From Octopus sinensis (lineage: Eukaryota), in NCBI RefSeq assembly GCF_006345805.1, contig NC_043006.1:78616001-78680000 (forward strand): 64,000 bases of DNA, written 5' to 3'. Below are positions 23,101-36,307 of the stretch, piece after piece. The position numbers and the translations under genes are program-made. The notes under the pieces are model-generated. The model was given only the letters and a program-made list of their open reading frames with translations. It was not told the origin of the DNA and did not search any database. The stretch's first letter is position 1. Every line of letters starts with the position of its first letter.

Positions 23101-23373
23101 ATGCGCCCTCTTAAAGCCTAACCAGGCTCATGGGCCCGGTTTCCCGGTTTCTATGGCGTATGTGTTCCCCACGTTCCTGTGGCGTATGTGTTCCCCAGCT
23201 GGACGGGACGCCAGTCCATCGCAGCGTTACTCATTTTTGCCAGCTGAGTGGACTGGAACAACGTGAAATGAAGTGTTTTGCTCAAGAACACAACGCGTCA
23301 CCCGGTCCAGGAATCGAAACCACAATCTTACGATCATGATGCTGACACCCTAACCACTAAGCCATTCGCCTCC
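23101..23373 (-). mobile_element. CORE-type SINE, tail variant C
   Basis: Homologous to 7446-7695, with a short internal duplication. Confidence 0.75.
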
Positions 23374-24863
23374 ACAACATGCATATTTACTTATATATAT
23401 ATGTAATATATAAATATAGGTGTGTGTGTGTGTATGTATGTATGTATGTATATATGTATGTATGTATGTATGTATGTGTGTATGTATGTATATATGTATG
23501 TATGTATATATGTTTCAGTAGCAGGATTGAGTTGATGTTCCACTTCGTTGCTTCCCAGAGAGCCATGTATGTGTAGAAATTCACTCGCACAAAATAGGGC
23601 AAGTCTAGGTGAAAAATTGAAGTGTTGTACCGGGAGTGTTTGGGTAAGTTTGACTTTCTTTAGTCAAGGCGAGTTAGGTAGTTGAACTCGTAACTAGTCA
23701 GAATGTGAATGAAGTATTTAGCTAGGCTACTATGATGTAAAAAAGAGCACACCATTTCGGATTTGCGATCCTGAAGAACTAGTAATTCCTTAAATATTAC
23801 CATACCAGTGAGCCTTGGACTCACGGCCTCATTTCACTGTCTAGAGCACCTTATATAAGTAGGGATTTTATCGATAATGTTCCACTTAAAGCATTTGCTG
23901 ATCCGTTTTTCCTGAGTTTGTTGCTAAATTCACACAAGGAAGTAAAACTTTGTATGTCCCTCGATCTAAATGAGTGTGGATGTTTGTAATATCGATGTAT
24001 TAATGTATTTAGAGTGAATCCCTGATAAATTCTTTCCACACTGTCATAGAGTGTTATAGATGCTCTAACTACCAACACTTTTGAGACAAGATCGCCTGCG
24101 CCAGAGAAAATTCTGAGATTTATGCTGTTACATGTTTGCTGTTGCAATTGTGACTCCCTATATTATGAAGTGTGATTTAAGTGCGGCGTGTGCTATCACT
24201 AGAAAGCCATATTATTTAAGCAAGAATAGCTGGCCTTGGACACATTACTATGGAAAGATTTGTATTTGTGCACAGCTTGGGAATGTTGCCTTCGTAGAGA
24301 TAGAAATGTTATGTTATGTTATGTAACGGAGGTATACAGTTTCTGTGAAAATAAAGATTGTCCGCATTTTCAAGACATTTTAAACTGAAAATACAAGATT
24401 AGCCACTAGGACTGTCATGAGGGGAAATCCTTCAAGTATAACTGATTTTCATTTTCAGTTGATTGTAGTGGAGCAACGCGAAATGTAAGTAACTTGCTCA
24501 ATGGCACAACGTGCTTCTTGACATGAGAACCGAACCCACCTTAACTGCTATAAGAAGTGTCTTCACAAATTATAAGAAAATATGCAACTATCTACGACCG
24601 AGTAGTTCTCCTTTGCTTATTTGTTCTACTCTTAGTATTTGGACAAATGTCGACTGCTATAATATACTGTTACTCTTATTTTTTGTTTGACTTAATTAAA
24701 TGAGTACTTGCGTATCCGTGTGGTTAAGAAATTTACTACACAGTCATTTGGTTCAAGGTTCGATTACACTTTGGTTAAGCTTACGACACCATACATTAAT
24801 TATTTTATGAGGGGACTTACAGAAATCTCAAATAAATTCAGCTGGTTCTAGAAAGATTAATCT

Positions 24864-25180
24864 GGTGCGTGGCTTGGTGGTTAAGGTGTTCGGTTCACGA
24901 TCGTAAGATCAGGAGTTCAATCCCCGGTGGCGTGTTGTGTCCTTGAGCGAGACACTATTTCACGCTGTTTCAGTCCACTCAGCTGGAAAAAGTAAATCGT
25001 ACCTATATTTCAAAGGGCCAATCATGTTACATTTTGTGTCACGCTGAATCTCCCTGGGAACTACGTTAAGGGTACACCTTGTCTGTGGAGTGCTCAGCCA
25101 CTTGCTCGTTAATTTCATGTGGAGACTGTTTCATTGATCAGATCAACTGGACATCTTATAGTCGTAGCCGACGGAATGGC
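24864..25180 (+). mobile_element. CORE-type SINE, tail variant B
   Basis: tRNA head gtggcttggtggttaagg..ggagttcaatccc, followed by the core and tail B. Confidence 0.7.
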
Positions 25181-25351
25181 ATGAAATAAATCTTAATCTG
25201 ACACCCAGCTTAATGTCTCACCTGCTGGAAGTCTTTAATGCAGGTCTCTAATCCTGAAAATGACCTACGATTCGAGCTTTCTTCTACCCTGAATCCACCC
25301 AGTCAAAAAAAAGGAATCATGGACGCGGCCTTCCTTTTATAATTAAACTAT

Positions 25352-25585
25352 AAAGGCGGTGAGCTGGCAGAAACGTTAGCGCGCCGGGCGAAATGCTTAG
25401 CGGTATTTCGTCTGTCGCTACGTTCTGAGTTCAAATTCCGCCGAGGTCGACTTTGCCTTTTATCCTTTCGGGGTCGATAAATTAAGTACCAGTTACGCAC
25501 TGGGGTCGATGTAATCGACTTAATCCATTTGTCTATCCTTCTTTGTCTCCTCTATGTTTAGCCCCTTGTGGGCAATAAAGAAATA
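25352..25585 (+). mobile_element. Nin/Deu-like SINE, tail 1
   Basis: Full head-core-tail, ending ctatgtttagccccttgtgggcaataaagaaata. Confidence 0.8.
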
Positions 25586-26377
25586 TATAACTAAACTAAA
25601 AAATGAGATATTTTCCGAAAAAAAAAAAATATTTAGAAAATATATTTCTTTCGATATTACCTATTTTCTTCATGGAACGAGAGATTAATGAAGCTAGATC
25701 CACGTCTTCTGGATATGAGTATCTATAAAGAAATGAATTAATTAATTTTTAATATTACATTTGAATTAAGGCGTTGACCTGGCAAAAACATAAACATGCC
25801 GGGCATAATGCTTAGCCGGTTTTCGTCCGCCTTTACGTTTTGAGTTCAAATTCCGCCGAAGTCGACTTTGTCTTCCATCATTTTGAGCTCGATAAAATGA
25901 GTACTAGGGTTGATGTAATCAACTTAGCCCCTTCCCCAAAAATTTCTGACCTTACGCCAAAATTTGACACAAACACTGTATCTGAATAAGTCAGAATCAC
26001 TGAGAAAATGCTTAGCGGTATTTTGTATGATCTTACTTTCCTCAACGTTTTGGTCATACCTGGTTACTGATAATTGCCAAATCCTAGGATTCTAAGTTGG
26101 TGCAATGTGGTTTTGTACTGGACTTTTCTATTTTGGTTCTCCGCAGTTGCTACTCTTCCGGGTCACAAGAGACCTCGGAGTAATGTCGATTAAAAGATAA
26201 CTCCCCTCTCCTCAATATCTAGATTTTTCATCCTCATACCCCAGAATAGTATTCAGTTTGAACGGCCAATTCAAGGAGAATGATATTACTTAAGATATCA
26301 GCGTGTGACTTGCGGAAGATCGTGCTGAGATCTTTAGTAGGTCGATCGACCACTCTGATACCGCATATTGATCAATG

Positions 26378-26432
<55 letters not shown>

Positions 26433-26659
26433 GTTGTTGTTGTTGTTGTTGAGTGAGAGAGCAGTACATGCCATCAAAGTGACGCTGGGGTAAAATATAC
26501 GGAGCCCAGGATACCCATCATGACTACCCGTCTGTACACCAGGCACATGCATCACAACCATGTGTGCGCGACATGGTGATCTCATACCAAGATAAACAGC
26601 ACATGACCTTGCAGGTGGGGCCCAGTTAGAATTTTCTTCTGGTCGAGTAGCCCATCCCG

Positions 26660-28650
26660 CTCAAAAGGTGTGGTGCTGTCTTTTATTGTGTTACTGCTTG
26701 TATTGTGTGTTGAATGTGTAATGCTTTGGTTTTCTAGCTTGCTAATGGGAGTTTATTTCAATGGGTAAATGCTGATAGAGTGAGCCTTTTATTTGTAGGT
26801 TGTTTGTTTAGGTTGTATTATTGGATTGATCGTGTCTTGCGTGGGACGTGGGCTGTTCCTAGCAGTGCAATCTTTTGGACAGTGTGTGGTGTTGAGGAGC
26901 CAGGTATAGCTTCTACATTCTCGTCCATATGATATTTTTATCATGCCAAATATTCTAATTATTAAGGCGGCGAGCTGGCACACACGTTAGCGTGCCGGGC
27001 GAAATGCTTAGCGGTATTTCGTCTGTCGTTACATTCTGAGTTCAAATTCCACCGAGGTCAACTTTGCCTTTCATCCTTTCGGGGTCGATAAATAAAGTAC
27101 CAGTTTCGCACTGGGGTCGATATAAACGACTCAATCCCTTCGTCTGTCCTTGTTTGTCCCCTCTATGTTTAGCCCCTTCTGGGCAGTAAAGAAATAAATA
27201 TTCTAATTATTATTGGTTTTGTTTTTACCTTCATGCCCCACATCTTGAATACTTCAATTTCGAGGTCTTTGTACTTCGACAATTTCTCCACTTCTTCTTT
27301 GACAATATTTCGATCAGAATGGACTGCAATATCTATCAGTAAGCAGGTGTTTTTTCGCCAATCCTTGACCATTATGTCTGGGCGATTAGCTTTTATTTCT
27401 TTGTCGGTTTGGATCGGCAAATTCCAGATGATTGTCGTCTGATCCTTGTCTTGTGCCTAGTTTGGCTCATGCTTATACCACCTGCAGTCAGTTTTGATAT
27501 TGTAATGTTGGCATATCATCCAGTGGATATAACTGCTTACTTTGTCGTGTATGTATACATATTCAGACTTGGAAATGACTGGGCAATCCTAGACAATATG
27601 GTCAACTGTCTCGTTGTAGTAGTTGCACATTCTGCATTTGGTGCTGAGGCCTGTTTTCATTATTTTGTTTTTATAGTTGTTTTCAGTCAGGCATTGGTCT
27701 TGTGCAGCGAGAATCAGTCCTTCTGTTTCGGCATTTAGTCCAGAGCTTTTGAGTCATTGTTGGCTTTTACTTAAGCTCACTTCCTCTCTGAGCACTGGCA
27801 GAGTACTGTCCATGAAGTAATTTTTCTTTCCAGTTCTCCTTTATTATCGTTTGTAATTCAGTTTTCATGTCTTTTGTCTCTCTGACTATTTCTGCTGCGT
27901 TGTTGACCTCTGAGGTCTGTGTGTCAGTGTAGCTTGCTTCTGTTTTGTATTTTGTCGCCTCCTTGTGTATAGAGAAAATCGTTTTCTTTTTCTCATGTTG
28001 CTTTACTAGATGTAATAGTCTCCTCTTCTTTGTTTCTAAGTACTTTGCTAGTCTAACTGTTGTTATTTTATAGCAGTTTTCTATCTGTATCAGACCACGG
28101 CCTCCTTTTCAGCGGGGTAGATATATTCTGTCTGCGTCTGCTTTGGGGTGGTGACCGGTACTCTGTTAGTAGTTTTCTGGTTTTTCTATCTAGATTTCCC
28201 AATTCACTGATCTTCCAGTTTATTATGTTAAAGGTGCAATTTATGACTGTTATGGCTAGCGTGTTTATCCCTATTATCTTATTTTTAGCGTTAAGTGCAG
28301 TATTTAATATTAGTCTAATTCTTCTGTAATACTCTTTCTTAATTCTCTCTTTCATTTCTATGCGTTGTATGGTAGCTTTTTCTTCTATTTCTAGATTTTT
28401 GTGTGTGGCTGTTGTGGTTTAATTCTCTAGTCTCTGTGTCTATGTCGAGTGCAGTATTTTCAGTGCTGAATAATTTACTTCTTCTCAGTGAGACATCGAC
28501 ACCTGTGTCTAGCACCATGCCCATTCTGATGTCATTGCTGAAACTCTGAACTATCTACTTTGATAAGGTCTATCTGTTCCATGGTGATTTTAGCACAAAG
28601 CTTTAGGTCGTCCGTGTACAGGAGATCGTACATTTTATGTCTGTAGGACC
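26660..28650 (-). mobile_element. Degenerate R4/Dong-like (RLE-type) non-LTR retrotransposon, 3' half
   Basis: LLYTDDLKL (about 28590-28626); KEYYRRIRLILNTALNAKNKIIGIN..LDRKTRK; zinc-finger region; RLE motif RPDIMVKD..CLLIDIAV..EKLSKYKDL. Many stops and frameshifts; boundaries approximate. Confidence 0.8.
26964..27195 (+). mobile_element. Nin/Deu-like SINE, tail 1, inserted in the RLE element with 16-17-bp TSD
   Basis: aaatattctaattatt(a) at 26948-26964 and 27196-27212. Confidence 0.85.
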
Positions 28651-29504
28651 TTTAACCCATGGATATTTCGTTTAATATGTTTCTTAGTGGGGTCAAAGAA
28701 AGGCAGAAAAATAGGAGTGTCAGTGAATCTCCCTGGAAAATCCTTCTTCTTATGGGTATAGGGTAGATTAAAATCTACCCTATACCCATTTTTAACGTTA
28801 TGCAGTATTATTATTATTATTATTATATACTCCTATCTATATATATACATGTATGTGTGTACATATATGTATGTATATATGCATATATATTTTATTCATA
28901 TTATTATCTATATATATCTATATATATGCGTGTGTGTGCGAGCGTGCATGTGTATGTAAGTGTGCGTGTGTGCTCCCAGCATAATAATATATTACAGCAA
29001 CATGACAAATAAACGTATAACCTATTTGCAAGTTCTCTGTAAATTCATAATTTATTACATCAATATCATAGCAACCTGAATTCGCATACAGGAGTCTTGG
29101 CGTATTAAATTACCCAGGTATTATACCGCATAAATTTTAATATAATAATGTATACCTGTCTTGTAATAAATCACCGAAAAGTGACTTTATGATAATAGTA
29201 AGCTTGTAATGAGTTCATAAGTTCTCAGCTTTCACGACATGTAGCTTATCTTGGGGTAGCTTTCAGTCGAGCCTCACCAGACACCATTTATATCAGAAAG
29301 AGACAGAAAAACGGATCCCTGTATAGAAATGGTATTTTATCTTTTTATGAACCCGATACCGTGAGGGAGGTTATCATCGGCGAGATTTGAACTCATATAT
29401 ACCCGAAATGAATAACACAAAGCATTCTATCTAACGCTTTAACGACTCTGCTAATTGGACGCCTAGGTAATACAATATACAACATTTTAAGTAGTTATTT
29501 ATAC

Positions 29505-30038
29505 TCTAAGCACAAAGCCTTGAAAATTTGTGGTGAAGGTGGGGCTAGTCGATCAAAGGATGACAGACAAAGCTGACCTCGGTGGAATTTGAAATCAGAA
29601 CGAAAAGGACAGACGAAATACCTATTTCTTTACTACCCACAAGGTGCTAAACACAGAGAGGACAAAAAAGGACAGACAAACGGATTAAGTCGATTATATC
29701 GACCCTAGTGCGTAACTGGTACTTATTTAATCGACCCCGAAAGGATGAAAGGCAAAGTCGACCTCGGCGAAATTTGAACTTAGAACGTAGCGGCAGACGA
29801 AATACCTATTTCTTTACTACGCACAGAGAGCTAAACACAGAGAGGACAAACAAGGACAGACAAACGGATTAAGTCGAGTATATCTACCCCAGTGCGTAAC
29901 TGGTACTTATTTAGTCGACCACGAAAGGATGAAAAGCAAAGTCGACTCGGCGGAATTTGAACTCAGAAAGTAGCAGGAGACGAAATACCGCTAAGCATTT
30001 CGCCCGGAGTGCTAACGATTCTGCCAACTCTCCGCCTT
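29505..30038 (-). mobile_element. Nin/Deu-like SINE multimer: head-(body-tail1)x2-partial body-tail2
   Basis: Junction gaaata|ggtatttcg at 29622/3 and 29806/7; period 184 bp. Confidence 0.75.
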
Positions 30039-30490
30039 CATACAATATTTTAAATAATGTATTATAAGTTCTCCATAATAATAATACTTTTGGTTTACAG
30101 AAGATACGACAGAAATAAATTTATATTACCTTCTATGTGCGTTTATGTAAGATTTGTACAATCTACTCTCGTTTTGCGACAGCCACATCTGGAAAAAAGC
30201 AAAAGTCACAAGAAACTAAAAGGGTAACGATATATTACAAACATACATACATTCATATACATAGGTAAATATGCGGTCAGCACAGCCCTACCATTTATTG
30301 TTATATATATATATATATATATATATGTGGGGGGGGTGTATAGTTATCAATTGTGGAGGAAAGCTACTGTCACTACATAAACCTGATGATTGCATAACGC
30401 ATGAATCTACTAGTTTACTTCAATATTGTAAATTTGTAAAATTGCAAAATTGCAAATAAAATGTGAAAATCGGACTGCTGGAATTTCATT

Positions 30491-30524
<34 letters not shown>

Positions 30525-30964
30525 GTAGGAAGTCGCATCTCGTGATGAGGGGTATGAATTTACGGGTTCCTTTCTGATTCGCTTTTATACCTCTTCTAAA
30601 TGTCTGGCCTTGTATCAGTGTTGAAAGTTAGTAACATGCTGATAATATTAAAATTCTTTTGCTGCGATTTCCCTAATTTTTCTCTCCTTTTCTCTCTCTC
30701 CCTAGATCTCTCTTTCTCGTTCTTATGAGACCTTATTTTATCATTTCTTGGCCATAAATACCATAACTTTTCAAACTAGTAGGAGTTTGGTAGCCTGGTT
30801 CGTGTCCCATGTAAGTAAATTTTACCTACTTACCCCATAATAGAATCTATAATCAACACACTCGATTAAAAAAGGGCTTTAGAGATTTATAAAAACTATC
30901 TAAAGAGATGACTGGGGTGTAGGTCCACAGTAGAATGATTTTAGCAGTTGTCATAAAATATCGT

Positions 30965-31323
30965 TTCTACTATAGGTACAAGGCCTGAAATTTGGTGGGA
31001 AGGGGATAGTCGATTATTTTACCGACCCCGAAAGGCTGAAAGGCAAAATCGACCTCGGCGGAATTTGAACTCAGAACGTAGCGACAGACGAAATACCTAT
31101 TCCTTTACTACCCACAAGGGGCTAAACATAGAGAGGACAAACAAGGACAGACAGACGGATTAAATCGATTATATCGGCCCTAGTGCGTAACTAGTACTTA
31201 ATTTATCGACCCCGAAAGGCAAAGTCGACCTCGGCGGAGTTTGAACTCAGAACGTAACAGCAGACGAAATACCGCTAAGCATTTCGCCTGCCGCGTTAAC
31301 GTTTCTGCCTGCTCGTCACCTTT
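30965..31323 (-). mobile_element. Nin/Deu-like SINE dimer
   Basis: Same junction at 31097/8. Confidence 0.75.
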
Positions 31324-31374
31324 TAGTTGTCATAAAAAATGTATCTCAGATTTTAGCGAACCTCTTTGAGAAAT

Positions 31375-31783
31375 AGGCGCAAGAGTGGCTGTGTGGTAAG
31401 TAGCTTGCTTACCAACCATATGATTTCGGGTTCAATCCTACTGCGTGGCACCCTGGGTAAGTGTCTTCTACTATAGCCTCGGGCCGACCAAAGCCTTGTG
31501 AGTGGATTTGAAAGAAGCCCGTCGTATATATGTATATATATATGTGTGTGTGTGTTTGTGTGTAAATGTTTTTGTGTCTGTATTTGTCCCCCAACATCAC
31601 TTGATAACCGATGTTGGTGTGTTTACATCCCCGTAACTTAGCGGTTTAGCAAAAGTGACCGATAGAATAAGTACTAGGCTTACGAAAAAATAGGTCCCGG
31701 GTGTCGATTCGCTCGACTGAAGCCGGTACTCTAGCATGGCCGCAGTCAAATGACTGAAACAAGTAGAGGAGTAAAAAAGTAAA
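31375..31783 (+). mobile_element. Meta-domain-like SINE
   Basis: Head aggcgcaagagtggctgtgtggtaag, core, internal microsatellite and aagtaaa-type tail. Confidence 0.75.
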
Positions 31784-32035
31784 CTAAAGCCAAAGTCTCT
31801 GTGAATACCATCGTAATTTTATGCCGTTGCACCACAAAATATGTTTTTGTCAAGGTTCGTTTGGTTTTTATTTGTGTAGTCCTCTTTATGAACCAAAACA
31901 AATTATGCGTAATCGTCCATTTGATGGACAAAAAGAGTTTGTCGAAAGCCTTAATGCAAAAATTCTAGTAGAGACTTGACATTGTCATTTTAATTTACAA
32001 TGAGTTAATTAATACTTCTATGTAATACAAGAATA

Positions 32036-33334
32036 TTAAAATACCTTTTTAGTTTCTATTTCAGAAACATATCCGGATATGACTTTATCGTATATGTCCA
32101 GTAAAACTTTCTTACTGGAATGGTCCGTATTTTCATCATGAGAACACTGTGTGAAGAGGCTGCCGTCATATGCTTCACAATTAATGTAAATGGAAGAAGA
32201 AGATCTTTTAATATGAGGTACCATCTTCACCAATTTCAAAGGCACTTGATGATTTTCGTACAATGTTGGACACGATCCACACCGACGGAGAAGATTTACT
32301 CGCCCGGACTCCAACGATGTATTCCAGGAAACGCCAGCAAATGGTAAATCTGTTTGACTAATAACACATTGCGCCCAAGATATTCCTGCACATTTAATAA
32401 GAACCGAAATATATTTTAATATACTGAATTCTATATTATCTTCGTCCGCGTCAAAATCCAATTTAAAATATTTGTCAGTTCGTGCGAAATACCTCTTCGG
32501 AAAGTTCTCAATAACATTCGAACTATCAAGATCCTTAATAATTCCACCACCAGAAATGTTTGTTTTATTCTCCTTCTCTTTGTAATTTATGAGTTTGACG
32601 AGTTCAAGCCAAATATTGTGAGTTTTATTATTCTCCCAATTATTACACATTTCGAATATTCTTACAGAACCAGTCAAATAGATTCCAATCCTTTTATATA
32701 AGTAATTCATGACGAACATATCAATATTTCCCAAAGGTATCTTTTCTTTTAGAGTTAAATAGTGTAAACTTTGTGATGCGAAATAAACCTGCTTGTTTGT
32801 TATCACCATATAAACCTGTCTCATTCCTTGTCCTTTTAGATTAAGTTCTACAAAATAGTATTCGAAGACTATAGATTCGTTGATATTGCAAATGTCCAGT
32901 AGGTGTTTGGATGCTTTTTCAAAAGAATCTATATTTTCTGCGATCAAAACACGTTTACCGATATTTCTCGATTGACCTCCATTTGATAATTTATTGATTA
33001 ACAGTATTATATTTTCCCAGTTCTTCTTGGACATCGCATCAGAGCCGCCTAGCTCAAAAATCATTGAATTCTCATTTGCTAGATTCAAAGCTATTCTCTT
33101 TCTTGTTTTATCGAGAACACGAAGCTCGGAGGCGCTTAGTGAAATGATTTGTTCTGTTCTACACCCATTTGTATCCATATTGCACAAAATGATATATTTC
33201 TCGGAAATTTTCAATCGCAATATACGTTTAATTTCCCCATGTGGATTGAGTTCTTTGAAATTGCCTTCAAATACAATATTCTGAGACAAATGATCGTATG
33301 GATCCATTTGTCTCTGAAGAAAAGATTTACTCAT
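32036..33334 (-). CDS. Uncharacterised 432-aa protein with two tandem PH-like domains (intronless ORF or large terminal exon)
   Basis: 1.3-kb stop-free ORF in AT-rich DNA with non-repetitive composition. Internal duplication IVFEGNFKELNPHG..KKNWENIILLINK / IVFEYYFVELNLKG..HNIWLELVKLIN (beta-rich, with a C-terminal Trp-containing helix). The PH fold is inferred. Confidence 0.7.
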   Translation of the reverse strand: MSKSFLQRQMDPYDHLSQNIVFEGNFKELNPHGEIKRILRLKISEKYIILCNMDTNGCRTEQIISLSASELRVLDKTRKRIALNLANENSMIFELGGSDAMSKKNWENIILLINKLSNGGQSRNIGKRVLIAENIDSFEKASKHLLDICNINESIVFEYYFVELNLKGQGMRQVYMVITNKQVYFASQSLHYLTLKEKIPLGNIDMFVMNYLYKRIGIYLTGSVRIFEMCNNWENNKTHNIWLELVKLINYKEKENKTNISGGGIIKDLDSSNVIENFPKRYFARTDKYFKLDFDADEDNIEFSILKYISVLIKCAGISWAQCVISQTDLPFAGVSWNTSLESGRVNLLRRCGSCPTLYENHQVPLKLVKMVPHIKRSSSSIYINCEAYDGSLFTQCSHDENTDHSSKKVLLDIYDKVISGYVSEIETKKVF

Positions 33335-33787
33335 GATGAAAATGTTCGAAAATGCTTGTTATGCTGTCATTTACGACATCGAAATAACAAGTCCATTTTT
33401 TTGTGAAAAACGTCATAAAAGATTGTTATAAAGTCATAGTTAATAGAATTTTATACAATTTGAATAGTACGGTTTATACAAAGCACAGCAATCACTATAA
33501 CATAACTTGTTTCTCATTTCGTGTTATAAATTTCCTTTTTTGAAAGATAATGTTTGACAAAATATTCACGAATACATCACTACGAGGCAACATCTTCAAG
33601 ACGTAAGGGATATTTAGTGAAATTCAAGGACTATTTCGTGTATACTGCCGAAATTCTGAGAAAATTCCAACTGCTATCAGGTTCCAACATTATTATTATA
33701 TTAAACAAATAATGAATGTTGATTTCAACTGGAATCAATACTGGACTGTCATCTTCATAGGTCTAGGGTATTGTAATGGTCATGAGG

Positions 33788-33822
<35 letters not shown>

Positions 33823-34599
33823 GCTGCTGCTGCTGTTTAGCTTGGTATCAGCCTTTATTCAATAGATCTTTGATCAAACGCTTTCCAGCCTTGACCAATC
33901 TGATCATATTATCTGTATTCTTTACCCCCTTTTTTAGGATCGTGGAATAAATTTAAGAATATTTCACTTCTATTTCTAGCAAGCAGAATGACCAAATATC
34001 GTCACCTTTAATGTTAAAACTTACTCACTCTGCTACTACTTCTTAAGTTAGCGCCACTTAAGAAGACTTGTTATGCATCAAGCAATCGACTGAGAACGAA
34101 AGAAAAGGAGTTCCAACAATTGAAATATGCCCATATAAATCGACTAAGACTTCTCGGGCGGGTTTGTTGTTGTGTCCATTACAAATGTTATGGTGAATCA
34201 TACTGTTTTTTTCTTTCTTGTTTTAATTACATATAATTACTATTTCAAAAGAGAAAAAAGAAACGATAGGAGATTTTCATAGGAAGATGTTGTTTAGTAA
34301 ATAACAACATTGAGAATGACAAGTAATATTATAACATCTACCACACAAAGAGCACTGGGATTAGTAGACTGAGATGATTCACAATCCATCCATGACCTTT
34401 TCGTCTATTATCAGTGTAACGACTTTCGGTACACGTCATTGATAAGACCCAACTCGGTCGAAATTCGCTTGGCGTTCTTGCTAGCCGCTGTCGGAGGGAT
34501 TTTCCTCTCCCTCCTATACATGAGGTGTCGGCTAAAAAGTACACAAGCTGACTATGAAAGAGTGATGCTAGAGATGTGAAATGTTGCATGCATTAATGT

Positions 34600-34995
34600 C
34601 AACCCTTCTCCAGAAAAGTCCAAGTCGTTTTGGTGTGCCGGGAAGGTGATGGCCTCAGTTTTTTGGGATGCAAAATGTATTGCGTTTATTGACTATCTTC
34701 AAAAGGGCCACATCAACAATGGAGAGTATTATGTCAACTTGCTGAGGAAGTTACGAAAGGTTGTCAAGAGCAAGCGCCCAAGAAAACTGACGAAAGGGGT
34801 CTTGATTCATCAGGACAAGGCTCCAGCACGGAAGTCCTTGCTTTCAATGGCTGCTGTGCGCGACCGTGGCTTTGAATCGATTAATAAGACTTCATATTCT
34901 TCTGATTTGGCCCCATCTGACAATCATTTCTCTCCCAATATGAAAAAGCACTTGACTGGGAACGAGTGTAGCAGTGATGATGACGTCATATCTAC
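34600..34995 (+). pseudogene. mariner transposase C-terminal fragment
   Basis: AGKVMASVFWDAK..LIHQDKAP..YSSDLAPSDNHFSPNMK are degenerate mariner HQDNA and YSPDLAPSD motifs; cut off by a SINE at about 35001. Confidence 0.9.
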
Positions 34996-35000
34996 TATTC

Positions 35001-35226
35001 TCTCTTTTACTCTTTTACTTGTTTCAGTCATTTGACTGCGGCCATGCTGGAGCACCACCTTTAGTCGAGCAAATCGACCCCGGGACTTATTCTTTGTAAG
35101 CCCAGTACTTATTCTATCGATCTCTTTTTGCCGAACTGCTAAGTGACGGGGACGTAAACACACCAGCATCGGTTGTCAAGCAATGCTAGGGGGACAAATA
35201 CAGACACACAAACACACACATACATG

Positions 35227-35267
<41 letters not shown>

Positions 35268-35430
35268 GACAGGCTTCTTTCAGTTTCCGTCTACCAAATC
35301 CACTCACAAGGCATTGGTCGGCCCGGGGCTATAGCAGAAGACACTTGCCCAAGATGCCACGCAGTGGGACTGAACTCGGAACCATGAGGTTGGTTAGCAA
35401 GCTACTTACCACACAGCCACTCCTGCGCCT
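35001..35430 (-). mobile_element. Meta-domain-like SINE, full length
   Basis: Head to tail homologous to 6728-7186 and 31375-31783. Confidence 0.8.
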
Positions 35431-36307
35431 ATTGGTGACTTTTTTTACCAACAGAATAAAAGCTGCTTTCTCAATGCTACTCAAGCACTGCAACTCCGAT
35501 AGAAGAAGTGTGTGGACCGCAAAGAGTCTTGCGGTCCACACATGCTGAAAATTATACCTCATTTTGTCATGTTCCATGAGAGTAACTTGATCAGCCTATG
35601 AACATTTCACTCGACCATGGTACACTGTGTTTTTAAACACAGCAGGTCCATGAGAGTTGTTATCTCTGGAGAAATATCTTAGTATATTCCTGTCAACGAT
35701 GTATACATATTAAGAAGGATACCTTAATAGCTATTTTAGGTATATATTTTTATTATTATCATTATTATTCATCTTTAAGCAATCGGTAAAGTTCGAGCAT
35801 TGAATGGAGACGAATAGAATGAAGAAATGCGAATACACTGTCTGTGTATAAATGTGCTTTAGAAAGTTTTCAGATAGCTTTAAATTGCTCTAAATAAAGT
35901 CATTACTTGAAAATAATTTCCAATATACTGAAATAAGGCCAAGTGAAGCACATTTGTCTCCCTCTTGTTTTATCTCAATTCCTCATCCATCCGTCTCTGA
36001 CGCCTCCTTCGACACACACATCGTGTGAACATACGCACAAGTATTCGCCACCTCATACCTCACACGAGCACACAAGTATAAGCCACTTTTCTTCAGCAGA
36101 TGTGTGACCGAACTGACCAAGTACAAAAAAAAGACAAAAGACCGAACCCTTAAAAAAGGTCACAGAGGTCTAGTGCACACACATAGCCAGAGGGCTAGTA
36201 TACATGAGAATACTCACGCAACCAGACTCACACACCTTTCGTTTACTCTTATTCTTACCTCCTCTTCTAAGTAAGCATACGTCTACATACACCCATTTCT
36301 GTTTCTA

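Noticed and set aside
23851-24160. 98-aa minus-strand ORF with a faint ubiquitin/RA-like pattern (LRIFSGAGDLVSKVLVVRAS)
   Set aside because: No convincing motif or splice partner; cannot be supported without a profile search.
29505-30038. Regular 184-bp repeats that superficially resemble a CRISPR or satellite array
   Set aside because: The units are SINE bodies with no unique spacers, and the DNA is eukaryotic.
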